A stretch of 64,000 nucleotides of DNA from Vicugna vicugna (lineage: Eukaryota). A program made the position numbers and the translations under genes. Below are positions 23,491-36,252 of the stretch, piece after piece; within the stretch, counting starts at the first letter, position 1; each line of letters starts with the position of its first letter. Location: assembly GCA_013265495.1 (NCBI GenBank), contig MU061579.1, positions 1,145,159 to 1,209,158 of the forward strand. The letters run 5' to 3'. The notes under the pieces were generated by a model. It saw nothing but the letters and a program-made list of their open reading frames with translations, ran no database searches and was not told the origin of the DNA.

Positions 23491-26400
23491 GTTATGAGTC
23501 AAGAATAAACTGAAAGTTTGTAGGAACGGCTGAAGCATTTATACACTCCCAAGAGACTCCCAGAACTTTGTTATTCTATTTACTCATAGAAATTTGCTTG
23601 CATTATTAAAAATCAGCATGGGCTGACTTTTGAACTTAATTTTTTTAATTTGGAAATGCATTTAATAATATAACAAAAACTTCAGTATAACATAAGTACT
23701 GATATGATAGTTTTTTCTTTTACACCATATACACTTTTTAACTCACTGCCATGAATTAATTTAAACTTGAATGGTTTAGCTATACAGAATTTCAAGCTAA
23801 CTTGAAGTGATAATTTCTGCCAGACAAAGTTTCAATCTCTTGGACCTTTTGGGTCCAAGTTTATTTATGCAATTACTTGAATTTTCAGTATATTTTGCTT
23901 TTATTGTCTTATAAAAATTCCATTGAAAAATAAACTTGTTATGCCACAAATCCTAGATTTAAGTATTGTTATAGACTCACTTAACATTTATCAGAACAGA
24001 AAGTACTATCTTTCAGGAGAACTGGGGCATCCAGCGAAATGTGAATATTGTTTAGAGGCCATTTGTGGTGTTCTCATTCTCTGTGTCAAATAGTAGTGTA
24101 CACATAGTCAAATGACCCAGATAAATCCAGGAGATGTGATGAAAAATCTTCTGCACAACCAATGGGAAACTGGACATAAGGTACAGGCATTCATTTTTTC
24201 TGACTTGGGGCATTTTTAATATATATTTTGTTTCCTGAAAGAATATGCTGGTTGGAAACAGGTGCAACCATCATGTGGCTCTGAGAAAAGTCCCAAGAAA
24301 ATCATACGTGGGCCTATAAGGAACAGGTCTGAATTTGCTGAGCTGCTGAAAAGAAGCCTTAGATGTACTTTATTTCAAGATATCTTATATAAGTAGATAG
24401 TTTTTCCTCATTGTTTATAGTTCTGATGACAAATTGAAATTACAATGAAATAATCATAGTTCAGGTATATAAAAATGGAGTCATACAGACATCAAGGATC
24501 TGGTCTTAGACACTTCTTTGCACCACTGACAACTTGAATTTTCTCTGAATTGTGTCAGACCCAAGGACACCACCAAGACTGTTCTGCAATCATTATGGGA
24601 TATATATTATTTCTAGATAATTTTGATTATCTAGACAAAATGATGCTTTTTTTGTATGTGTTCAAGATGTGTAGATTTTTAAGATAAAATGAAAAAGTGA
24701 AAAGAACCCTACTTTTCCTGCAAAGTCTATATATTAGAATACAGAAACTACAATCTTCAAAAAATCTTCAGTTATTTATTAAGTTGGTTTCCTTCAAAAT
24801 CCTATCCATTTTTTTTTTTGAAAAAAAAATACTTCTAACTACTGAACTTTACTATTGCTTTTTGGTTTGGGTTTTGATTTCTTTTTTCCCCCAGTATAAT
24901 TATCACCATCCTTTTGATTTCTTAACCTGTAGGGAGAAAAATTTATGTGTTCCTCTTTCTAACTTGGTCCGATGTCTATTGTTTAATAAAACCAAAAGTG
25001 AAGAAGCCTCGTTCTTCTTACTCCCCTCTGGTGTTCCAATTCACAGTGTTGAAAGTCAGCTGGTCTGATTTTACTTTGGGGACATTACTGCACTAATGAG
25101 CACTCAGTGTAATCCATTGAAAGAAGTTTTCCGGTGGAAATTGTTTGTTATTTATGGTGAGAATGAGCATTCTACACGAACACAAAATGATTTATTACAA
25201 TTTTTTTGCAACACCAGCAAATGGTTCATACTTACCAATTTTTGCTTTCTTTGCAAAACTTTCTGGTTTTTTTTAAATAGAAGTCATTGTATTCTTGATA
25301 TTAATGATGGTAGTATTTCCAAACAATGTAAGTTCTGAAAAAAGTTGGGGTGCTTTTTGGGACAGCTGTTCTTGAGGCAATATAAAAGTGGTATAAATCT
25401 TTTGGTAAAAGGCTTATTTTTTACTTTCTTTGTAATCGTATTTTAAAATTTGAGTGTCCCACAATACCACGTAATCCAATCCACTGAAGAAGGTGGTTCT
25501 ACTTCAAAATATGAATATATATCCACAGGCTTTCTATTAACACATATTACCTCAAACTGCCTTTACATCCATAGATAATGTGTCAATGTCAGATGACATG
25601 ACATAGTTTGTAAAGCATTGTTTTACATACACATATTTTAACTGAATAGTTCTAGATTTCATAGGCTTTCAGTTTTCAATTCCTTAGATTTTGGATTAGT
25701 CTCTGTACATTTTGTGTTAAAAACATTTTTATTGATACTTGCAGTGACCTCACTTTTAATAGCATACCTAATTACATTGTTGCTGTAATACATATAATAA
25801 ATATGTCAGTGGTACATATAACTCAGTTTGCCATTTCAAAGAATGCTGGATATCATTTTTATCCTGGATGGTTCAGCAGTGCATTGTTCAAAGGAAACTT
25901 CTGAAGAGACATTATTAACATTCTGTTTGCTGAATTAGGCAAAATTCCATCACCTGAATGATATTTTCTACTGTCTTTTAGTACCCAAACACATGAAACT
26001 TACAGTTTATCCAAAAATAATTCCTTCTAAATAAGATTCTTTGCTGGCATTAACTTTTCAGTGTTGAACATTTTACTCACAATAACTCTGGATCTTTCTG
26101 TGGAAAAGTTAAACACTTTTTTTTTTTTGAGTTTTTGGGATCCATAGACTTACTGAATTAGAATCTTGGTTTTCATATCTCCTCTCTAGGCTGATGGCTG
26201 TGCAATCTGCCTAACAGCAATCCAGGTGCTTGCACCTGGATGCTCTAGTCTAACAGAACACACTAATTATTGGAGTGTCTGGCTCATCGCCAGCAATGAG
26301 TGGTTGTGTTGTTGTCCGTCTTGGAGACCAGAATCTTGATTGGGCATCAGTGATGTCTGGTGCTGGGTCCAGTTCTGACATGGAATTTGAGACAAGAGTG

Positions 26401-26878
26401 CTTTGCTCCCTTTCTCTGGGTTTCAGCTCTGGCCTGTGTAATTAGGGAATTGAACCTGATGATTTCCTGTCAAAATCCCTTGACAGGAAATTTAATAAGT
26501 CTTCAACTTGCTTTACTCTGTTAGAAAATATCATTTTATAAAAGTTATTGCATGTATTTAGAGCTGTGAGGGACCATGGATTTTTGGGGGTTTTTGTCTC
26601 TTTTGTCTTGAATCACAGGAAAACTAACACCATGCACATAATTCTTAGAGTAGGCGACTGTAATTCTTATGAAGTCAGATATATTTATCTATGTCATTCA
26701 CTGATTTATTTCCAGTCTAGAAAATGCTGAACATGTAGCTATATGATCAGTAAATATAGTTAAATAAATGAATTAATGAGTGGGTCATCATACAAAGTTT
26801 CCTGCTCATTAACAATAAAGCCGGCCTTCTTTTTTCCAAAGAGTCATTCTTTACCTGTCCATGAGTTGGAAAGAAATA

Positions 26879-27385
26879 CAAATCTTCCTGGTTTTATGAT
26901 GGAGTTATGTCTGGGTAAACCCATTTTAAGTAGAAAATATCATAAGTTGGAAATGCAATTAATACACCTAACCTATCAAACATCATAGCTTAGCTTAGCC
27001 CATCTTAAACATGCTCAGAATATTCTCATTATCCTACTGTTGGGTGAAATCATCTAACTCGAAGCCTATTGTATAATGTAGTATTGATTATTTCTTGCAA
27101 TTTATTGAATACTGTATGGAGAGTAAAAAATGGATTGGTTTTGTGGACATAGATGGTTGTAAGTGTATCAGTTGTTTACCTACCTTCATGATCATGTGGC
27201 TGACTCGGAGCTGCAGCTTGCTGCCCCTGCCTGACATCACTAGAGTGTATCATACTGCTTAGCGCTAGCCCAAGAAAAGGTTATATTTAAAGTTCAAAGT
27301 ATATGTTTCTACTAAGTGTTACTTTAGCACCATCATAAAGTTGAAAAATAATTAAGTCTAACCATCCTAAGTGGAGGACCATGTG
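26879..27385 (+). mobile_element. TcMar-Tigger non-autonomous element (Tigger5b/MER47 family)
   Basis: aatacacctaacctatcaaacatcatagcttagc and tgatcatgtggctgactcggagctgc match the recalled consensus. Flanked by TA at 26877-26878 and 27386-27387. Confidence 0.85.
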
Positions 27386-27534
27386 TACTGTTTCTCTTCC
27401 AATGCACCTATCAGGAATAGGCAAATCACTAATGTGATCTCAGCAAAGTTTGGTCACAGGATGGGAAAGTCTGCATCATACAATCCATTAGATGATGGTG
27501 ATTATGATAATGATGATGGTGGTGGTGATGATAG

Positions 27535-27738
27535 TTAATGTATGTTTTAAGCACTTAATATTCTTACAACAATCCTGTGAAGTAGGTTCTTTTCTTACCA
27601 CCATTTCTGATAGAAGAGGAAACTGATGAATAAACAAGTTAACTTACTCAAGGTCATAAAAATTCCGAGATCAAATAATTGCCAGTCTTGTCTACTGGTA
27701 AGAATCTTCCATTGCGCACACACACACACACACACACA
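27535..27738 (-). mobile_element. MIR fragment followed by (CA)n (~27717-27738)
   Basis: cttacaacaatcctgtgaagtagg...gaggaaactga...gttaacttactcaaggtcata. Confidence 0.75.
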
Positions 27739-28109
27739 TTCAAATAATATTCCAGAAAACTGTGTGCTTAAGGAAACATTACCATATACCCATTTGCACT
27801 ATCCATAGTGCCACATTAAATTTCAAATACAGGAAAGGGAGTCAGACCTCAGAAACTGCTCTAATTCAAGGAAGAATTATTCGTTTTGGAGCAGTCTAGG
27901 AACAATAACCAAACACAGTCAATTAACATGTTCTGCAACTCATTGCCAGAAAAGCAAATTTTCACAATTTAGTACAGTTTTCTTCTGCCTTTTTCAATTA
28001 ATATATCTTTATAAGTTTTTTTTGAAATTTATGAGGTTCACGAAGTTAAAAAATTGTCTTAGAATAAAAAGTATTAGTCACATCAGACTCAGGACTAATG
28101 TTATTTCTT

Positions 28110-28555
28110 TGCATTAGTTTCCTAGGGTTTCTTTTACAAAGTACCTCAATCTAGGAGACTTAAATAATGGAATTGATTGTTTTCTGTATCTGAAAGCTGA
28201 AGTTCTAGAAGTTGCTAAAAATTAAAGTTTTGGCATTGTTGCTTATTTCTGAGGACTCTGAAAAGGGATCTGTTTGCTGGCTCTTCCCTAGCTTCTGGTG
28301 ACTACTAGCAACCACTGGCACTCCTTGTCTTACAGGTGTGTTACTCCAGTCTCTGCCTCTGCTTTTTTTCACTTGCTACCTTCCCTGTGCATTACAGTAT
28401 CTTCTTGTAAAAACATCAGTCACGTTGGGAAGGTCCCAACCCTAATGATCTCATCTTAATTAAATCTGCAAAGACTCTACTTCCAAATAAGGTCACATTC
28501 ATAGGTCCGGGGGTTCAAGAATTTGACTTTTGGGGGTACACAATTCAACCCATAA
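28110..28555 (-). mobile_element. MaLR solo LTR (MLT1B/C-like)
   Basis: tgcattagtttcctaggg...ctgcaaagactctacttccaaataaggtcacattc...cacaattcaacccataa. Confidence 0.85.
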
Positions 28556-29721
28556 TGGTATTTTCACAAAATAGACATTTTCCCACAGTAATACTAAAGA
28601 CTAATTTGATTTCATTTTTAAAACACTATTTTTTAAATTACACTTTATATAATGGTTAATATATGTCATGCATTTTGCTATCCAATCTACCTATAGCAGC
28701 TGATGAAATTTATACTACAACTTCAGACAATAGGGATTCGGACCAAGGAAATATGGCTCCAAACCTGCCCCATGGATCTTATGTTACATTTCTCTTCAGT
28801 ATGACACACTTGTGCCTTTCTTTTTCTTCCTTCCTTCCCTTCCACTCCATCAGATCAGGATTCTCCCAATCTGTCTTACAGATCCAGTGTAACATATCCT
28901 AGACACTCTTTCTCATTGCTCAAAAGTGACACAAATGATATTATTTTCTGATTTCTGAGATTTCAAGAAATGAAACAAAGCTAGCCTGCTGAAATATGTA
29001 TGAGTGGTTATGGGTGTATGGGTTTTCCTTCCTAGTCTCAGCTTTTGAAGCTTGTGGTGATCACAGGATGAGTAATTGTTTTAGCAGAAATTCAGAAGTT
29101 TTGATTCAAAAGGGTTTGATACTGAATTTATGCTTTGCTACAAAGTAGCTGACATTTTGAATCATACTTAATTTCTGTAAAATAGAGATATATAAAAAGT
29201 GGGTTAACCGTATCATTCCTTTTTAGCAGGTTAGAAACCTGAGGTAGATAAGTTTGGGTGACTTGCTACAGGCCACTCATCTAATACAGACGCAATCTCT
29301 ATCCTGCATTGGACCATTCCATACTACTTTTGCAAGATTTTTTATAAGAATTAAATGAGAATACACTTATATTCATAAATCATCTCCCTGTGAACCTCTT
29401 CTTCACCTTTTCCTCTGTTTTTCTTAAATTAAGTCCGTTTGGCAATAAAAAGGCACTATAATTTTCCTGAAGACCTCCCTGCTGTTGCAAATCATATATC
29501 AACATTATATACATTTATCTTTAATTAATCTTTGCAACCCTGTATCAGAGCCAAATCCAGATGAAGGAAAAAAATAAATAAATAAATGGAAAAAGGTTAA
29601 TATCATGATATATTTTAAAATATGCTTAGGTTTCTCATTTAAATAAGAAGCTAAATAATTAGCATTTTATGTTAAATATGAATAAAATTATATGTTATAT
29701 ACATTTAGAAATGTTTATAAC

Positions 29722-30105
29722 TGTCTTAATCAGCTTGAGTTGCCATAATAAAATACCATTGACTAGGTGGTTTAAGAAACAGAAGTTTATTTCTCTAAGT
29801 TCTGGTGACTGAGAAGTCCAAGACCAAAGTGCCAGCCAATCTGTTTACTGGTGAGGACTCTCCTGTGTTACAGACAACTGCCCTCTTGCTATGTTCTCAC
29901 ACGGCCTTTCTCAGTGCATCCAGAGGGGAGAGACAGAGAGATAGTGACAAAGAAAGAGATCTCTCTTTTTCTACAAGTCCTCCAATTCTACGGGATTAGG
30001 ATCCTATCTTTATTATGTCATCTAAATCTTAATTACCTCCTGGAAGCCCTATCTCCACGTAACAGCCACATGGGGTGTTGGGGCTTCAGAATATGAACTT
30101 GGAAT
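29722..30105 (-). mobile_element. MaLR solo LTR (MLT1A-like)
   Basis: tgtcttaatcagcttgagttgccataataaaatacc...gagaagtccaagaccaaagtgccagc...gggcttcagaatatgaac. Confidence 0.85.
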
Positions 30106-31359
30106 TGAGTACATAAGCTGACACTTAGCCTATTTAAAATGACTCATATTTAGATAAAATGAGACCCTGAAAGCAAGAAAAATGTGAAGCAGAATTTAAA
30201 ATGTATCATCATAAATTCTAATTTTATATTATATAGTAAGTCTTAACTCTTTCATAATGATTGAAGCATCAGACTTTCTTAGCTTTTCTTGGATATTGGT
30301 ACTTAGATTTGAATTGTCTTGTAACATTAGGAAAAGAATGTTTTCCTATAGTCACAAAAACTACAAAAGTTGTTGGCATAATCTTATTGTAATTAAATTC
30401 CCATTTATAGATATTCTAGTGTTTGAACTGAAAGTGTTCTATTTCCATAAAACCTCAATATGCAGAATCTTATTATCCATGTTACTACTCAAATGTTAAA
30501 TAGCTTAGAGTGTGAAAACATAGTTATATAGTCAATTTCCATTTAAGCAAAGAGGTTTAATAGAAGCGTCAAATGTGCTATTTACTGCATTAGTACTTTT
30601 CCAAGTCTTCTTGAAAGAAAGCTTTTACCTTCCTGTTTTACAACTATATTAAAGCCAATTATAGAAGAGCACACTCAATTTTTAGATCAAAACTATTTGC
30701 CAGTAAGTCAATTATCCTGGTCAAACTGTGCTTTGAAAGGAAAGCACTGTGTTTAGGGAGTATGAAGAAAGAATTTTACATGCATTTTAGAAGTTTCACG
30801 GCCTCCTTCACAGTGTGAGCTAGTCATGTAGTCCAGACACCCCTGGAACTCCAGAATGTATGTACTTTCTCTTCCATTTTCCAAACCTATACCCTGTTTC
30901 ATCAACATCATCAATAAATGGGAATTATCAATTTAAATGCTCAAAATAAAGAAGCCATTCTTTGAATGGTACAATTTATAATTGTTTATTAACAAGGCTT
31001 ATTTTTAAGATTTTTTAAAATGTATGTATGATAAAATTTCTTTGGACAACCTACCTTCTTCTGTGTGTGTCTGTGTGTGTGTACACAGAAAGAACAATGA
31101 AGAGGAAGATACAGAGATTATTTTATGTGCCAAATACCATTTCAGATTCTAAGAGTATCAAAATTGACCAGTTCTTGCTCTCCAGGAACCCACCACCTGG
31201 CAGGGGAGACAGAGACATGAGCCAGAAACTCTTAAACAGTTGGTTTTGTATGAAAATATTATAATATGACTTAGTAACACCAGGAAAGGCACAATAAATT
31301 CTCCTAAAGGATAAGAATAGAAAGTCAAGAATGGCTTCATGGAAAAGATGACTCTGCAG

Positions 31360-32007
31360 TGAAGAATAAACTTTACCCAAAGAGAGTTCTGTTCTGTGTC
31401 CCAGGTCCTGGGAGATAACCTCTAAACCTTTGGAATTTCCCAAGTTATAGGAGGGTCTTTGTTATTCGTGTGGGCTCCTGGACCTCATCTGATAGTTACT
31501 GATGACCAGATGACTCAGGTTGGGAGCTGGCTATACAAGAAAGAACAGCCATGTGACTTAAAGGCTGGGGCTTTGCCGGCTACATGAGAAATGACTCAAT
31601 TGTGCCTATGTAATGAAGCCCCAGTCAAAACTAAGGAGACTAAAGTTCAAGTAAGTAACTGATTAGCAAGACTTCGTGTATCTTCTTACTCATAGATGAC
31701 AGAATGGTAATACATGTCTCATTCCTAAGGACATGTGAGCTTTTTATTTGAACCCTACCAGGCTTCAACTATGTGTCTTTTTTTTTTTTTGGCCTGTTCA
31801 AATTTGCATCCTGTAATCATAAGTACAGCACTTTTGCTCCAGTGATTTATTGAACCTGAAGGTGACTGTGGAAACCTTTTAATTTATAGCCAGCTGTTCT
31901 GAATTAGGGGTGGCTTTGTGAAAACCCAAACTTGCAGATGGTTTCCACAGTGAGGACAGTCTTGTGGGGACTATTCCTTGACTGTGTACTTTTCCTATCT
32001 CATAACA
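31360..32007 (+). mobile_element. ERVL-type solo LTR (MER68/MER77/MER21 group) adjoining an antisense L2 fragment (~31120-31358)
   Basis: tttacccaaagagag...tcctgggagataacctctaaacctttggaatttcc...gtgaggacagtcttgtggggact. Confidence 0.7.
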
Positions 32008-32924
32008 GTGACATTTAAACTTGAGTGGATAAACTTGTGGATCTAGGCACCTCAGTGGCTTTTCATGGACAATGAGTAATCAATCCTCCCATGAAATAAT
32101 TTACTCTGAGCTTGATACACCAAACTTCTGGGTTGTTGGAAGAAAGGGATGTACTCAGAATAAAACTTCCTGTTTCATTAACAATTACTTTTTTCTACTC
32201 AGATCCATATTGGATTTTCATTTGAGTCCTATTGAAACGAGAGGGAGAAAATAGAAGCATAATAAATAAAAATCATAAGATATTTTTCAACAAAAGCTGT
32301 TTAAGCTCTTGGGACACAAATAGAACTGCCTTGTTTCTATTTTGAATGGATGAGTTGTATTAACTCACTTGTTCATTTTGACCTCCTCCTACAATGCCTT
32401 TTTGTACTGCAGAGCTTATAAAACTAAAAGCCAAATTTTATGATTCCCTTACAACTAGAAGAAGTCTGAGTGTAATTTTGACATAACTGTGTAAATCTTG
32501 ATTTGGAAATGAATCAAATGGGTGAGAAACAGGGCACGAGTCATTCATAGTACAGGTGTTCAGCAGAGCAGTGTTGCCAGAAGCTGTGATTATGGATTCC
32601 CACTTTGCAGATTATTATTCTAGATCGTTATTCTGGAACCAACCACTATACTAGCGTTTCCCCTCTCCATAAGTAACATCTTGACATTATGGGTACAATG
32701 AGCTCCCTTGGGGTGCATTTCTGAGACGACCTTCTAGAAATCTTTTCTGAGGGTCCTGTATAGAGTCTGTCTGTTTAGACTAAATGAATCTGTAAGTCGA
32801 TTTTAATGCAATGTTTAACCTAGTTATATTTTGCAAACAAGCCCTAACTAATCAACTACGATAGACTTCTAGAAGACACACACACACACACAAAATGGGA
32901 AACATGAAATCCCTAGACAAATAT

Positions 32925-33012
32925 GCTTCAACTGGGAGCTTGTTAGAAATGCAGACTCTCAGATGCAACTCAAGACCTACTAAATCAGAATCTGAATTTT
33001 AACAAGTTCCCT
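32925..33012. mobile_element. MER5 (hAT-Charlie) fragment
   Basis: ctgggagcttgttagaaatgcagactctcag...cctactaaatcagaatctgaattttaacaag. Confidence 0.85.
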
Positions 33013-33049
33013 ATTTATTTTCAACTATTTTTCTTTCTATCAGAGAAAG

Positions 33050-34780
33050 AGATAAAATAAAGTAGCAAAACAAACAAATTTAGTCGTAACTGTTAAGAAG
33101 GCAATACAAGGAGATGATGTTATCACAGAGTGAGGGAACAGGGTGGTGCTGCTTAATATATTTTGTCAGGATAAGGCTCTCAGAGGCTCTAACATTTGGA
33201 CTGAGATTGGTATGGTCTCAAGAGTCCAGGCATGAGAAGATCTGGAGAATATCTCAGACAGATCTGTCAGCTGCAAAGATTTTGAAATGGGAATGGTTTG
33301 ATGTGTTCAGAAAATAGGAATGCTATTATGATTTGAATATGGTAAGTGAAGAGAAAATGAAAAGATCAGAGCGTAACTAAGCATGAACCTGATATGCATC
33401 TCCATCTCTGACATTAAAAGGATACATTGACTAATACTAGCTTCAATTGGAAAAACTATTAGTGGATTTTAATCAAACAAATAATACGATATGATTTAAC
33501 TTCTAAAAGGGCAAAATAGGAAGAATAATTTATAGGCTTGAATAACTGGAAGCAGGGAGTCTATTTAATAGATAGGCAAGAGATGAAAGAAGCTCAGACA
33601 ACAGCAGTGACAGTCGAGATGGGGAAGAACTGGAAACATTCATCATTTTGTACATTATTTTAACAAGACTTTGTAATAGATTGGATGTGAGCAGTAAGGG
33701 AAAGAGATAGTCAAGCATGACTCTGGGGTTTGTGGTTTAGCCAACTGGTAGTATGATTCTGATATTCCTGAGATGAAGAAGGCAGGAATAAGAAAGATTT
33801 AGTTGTAGGGTTATTAAGAAGTCTGTTTTTGCATATGCAAAGTTTAAGATGTCAGACTTACAAATGAAAATGGTAAATAGCAAGCTTGCAATGAGACTCA
33901 AGTTTAGGAAGAAAAGTCAGAGCTATAGCTGAAACTTGATGATCAATCTGCATTGATGTTATAGTCAAAGCCAGAAACATGGATGAAACTTCCCAGTTTA
34001 AAAAATGATATACATGTATAGAGACAATAGAAAGTATTCAGAACAAATCATTTGGGTTTCTCTTGTATCCACAGAATAAATGAAAAAGAGACAAAAGCAT
34101 TGGATGCTAAATGGATAAATTAGTAAAGTAGGAGGAAAAGAAGAATTAGATGGTATTTTACTTAAGAGATAAGGAGCTTGATCAACACTGTCAAGGCCTG
34201 ATAAAATTTCAGATAGAAGCAGTTACTCTTACTTTTGGCATAATGGAGACCACTGATGCTGTTATCAAGAACAGTCTGATGAACTGATAGGAATGGAAGC
34301 CACAGCAATTTGGGAAGAAGGAAATGCAAGCAGCAAGTCCAGGCAAATATGCTGCAATATGTTTTACTAAGAATAGGACCAGAGGATTTGGGCAGTAATT
34401 GAAGCAGAATATAGGCTTGAAGTTTAAGGCTTTATTTAGTTTTTTGTTTGATTGATTGTTTTGTCTTGTTTTATCTAATGGAAGGTAGTAACTTATGCTT
34501 GCATGCTGGCAGAATATTATTGCAATAAAAGCAATACATACATTAACTGCAAAGCAAAGTCCCTGCCTGACATGTTACAAGTGATGGGATCTGACAACAA
34601 AGAAGAGGATTTTTTTTTAATACAGCAAAGCCTTCTTATGTTTCTTTTGTAATATGAAGGAACATAGAGAATGTGAATATAGACAGAAGTAGGTTTTTAG
34701 ACATGGTGGTAGAAAGATAAGAGATTTTTTATTTTTTCAACTGACTGACAAGGAGAGATAAATGCCAGGAGTTGTTGGAT
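33050..34780 (-). mobile_element. L2 LINE fragment
   Basis: Purine-rich antisense L2 motifs (gattggatgtgagcagtaagggaaagagatagtcaagcatgactctggggtttgtggtttagccaactgg). Confidence 0.75.
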
Positions 34781-35049
34781 GACCATGTAGTCTTGCAGTT
34801 ACTGTGGTAACTGTGGCAACTGAGGCAAACCAAAAGGTGAAGCATGATGGATTTAGTTCTGTTAGTCTTTTCAAGGAAGATGGCCAAGGAGTTCAAGCTA
34901 GAATATTTACCTTAAAGTTACTGGACACGTAGACAACATTCTTTTTGCCAAACGATGGTACAGTGCACATGAGTTTAAAAAAGTCTTATTTAAATCTATA
35001 TGTAGCCAAATGACTGAATTCTGGCAAATGAGAATGCAGTAGCTTCTGG

Positions 35050-35764
35050 TATTAACTACCTGGATTCATGCCAGTCTTTACAGGTAAAGGGCATAGTCCT
35101 CACAAGGCTGTCTTCACCTTACTTCATACTCCAGACACAGTCCCGAGGGTCCTCACTCTGATTAAGGACTGCAAATTCAGGAGTTCTTACTAACACTCAG
35201 GTTCAATAACTTGCTAAATAACACACAGAACTCAGCAATGTACTTATGGTTAGATTTATTGTAACAAAGAATACAAATTAGAACCAGCCAAAGGGAGAGA
35301 TGCATAGAAGTGGTCTGGGAAGGTCCAAAATGTAAAACTTCCTTGTCCCCAAAATGTATTATAGTCTTTTGACACATCGATGTGTGACAGTATGCAGAGT
35401 ATTATCAACCAGAGAAGATGACTCAAGCTCACTGTCCTGAGTTTTTGTTAGGGTTTCATTACACAGGCATGTTTGATTGAATCATTGTTTATATGATTGA
35501 ATTCAATCTCTAGTCCTCTGTTCTTCCTGGAGGTCAGGCTGATATCACATGGCTCGAAGCTCCAACTCTCTAACCACGTATTTATCCTTTCTGTTATGGA
35601 CAGCTGCCATTCTGAGTCATCTTCTTAGCATAAACTGTCAGGTTTGGTCCCAGAGACCCAGGATGACCAACAAGTATACTTCTATCACTAGGGGAATTCC
35701 AGGAATTTAGAGGTTACTTCCCAGGAACCAGGGACAAAGGTCAGCCAAATTCTTGATTCTAACA
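35050..35764 (-). mobile_element. MER21-type ERVL LTR, probably nested in an older LTR
   Basis: caggtaaagggcatagtcctcacaaggctg; ggggaattccaggaatttagaggttacttcccaggaaccagggacaaagg. Confidence 0.8.
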
Positions 35765-36011
35765 ATTTAGTAGTTATACTTTCAGGAACCAAGAATGAAG
35801 ACTTGTCTGATTATCTATTAAACAGAGATGTAATTAAAATGTTGTGCAGGTCCTCACTGAAATAGATTTAAAAGGAGTTGATTCTACAGTGAAGGAAACA
35901 CATTTGAGCTTCTAGCATGTGTGGTTCTTCTGGCTTTCACCTAGAATATTATGTCCAAACCTCTAGCTTGGGTCATGAATTGACCTTGGGGATGAAAGCT
36001 ACCTTCTAGAA

Positions 36012-36252
36012 AAGAGCTTGGCGTAATTATGGCCATGAGCTAAATTCAGCCCATGACTTGTTTGTGTCTGTACACTTTTATTGGAGTACGGTCACACCTA
36101 TTTTAGTAGGTATTGTCTGAGGCTACTTTCATGCTACAATGGCAAAGTTACTTTTTATGACAGAAGCAAAGTTGTGATAGACAAGGTGTGGACTTCAAAG
36201 TCTACAGTATTTCCTGCCTGGCCCCTTAAGAAAAAAATTGTCTGTCCTTGAT
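36012..36252. mobile_element. MER58A-like hAT-Charlie MITE
   Basis: tatggccatgagctaaattcagccc...ttttattggagtacggtcacacc...ctttcatgctacaatggcaaag...tatttcctgcctggcccctt. Confidence 0.8.

Noticed and set aside
24697..25068. 123-aa + strand ORF
   Set aside because: Leu/Phe/Lys-biased composition typical of chance ORFs in AT-rich DNA, and it includes homopolymer runs.
25228..25236. ATACTTACC, identical to the U1 snRNA 5' end
   Set aside because: No further U1 sequence follows. It is just the complement of a consensus splice donor.
26190..26339. + strand frame beginning ADGCAICL after a CTCTCTAG acceptor (RING-like CxxC)
   Set aside because: The remaining Cys/His spacing does not fit a RING domain and the frame stops after about 49 codons.
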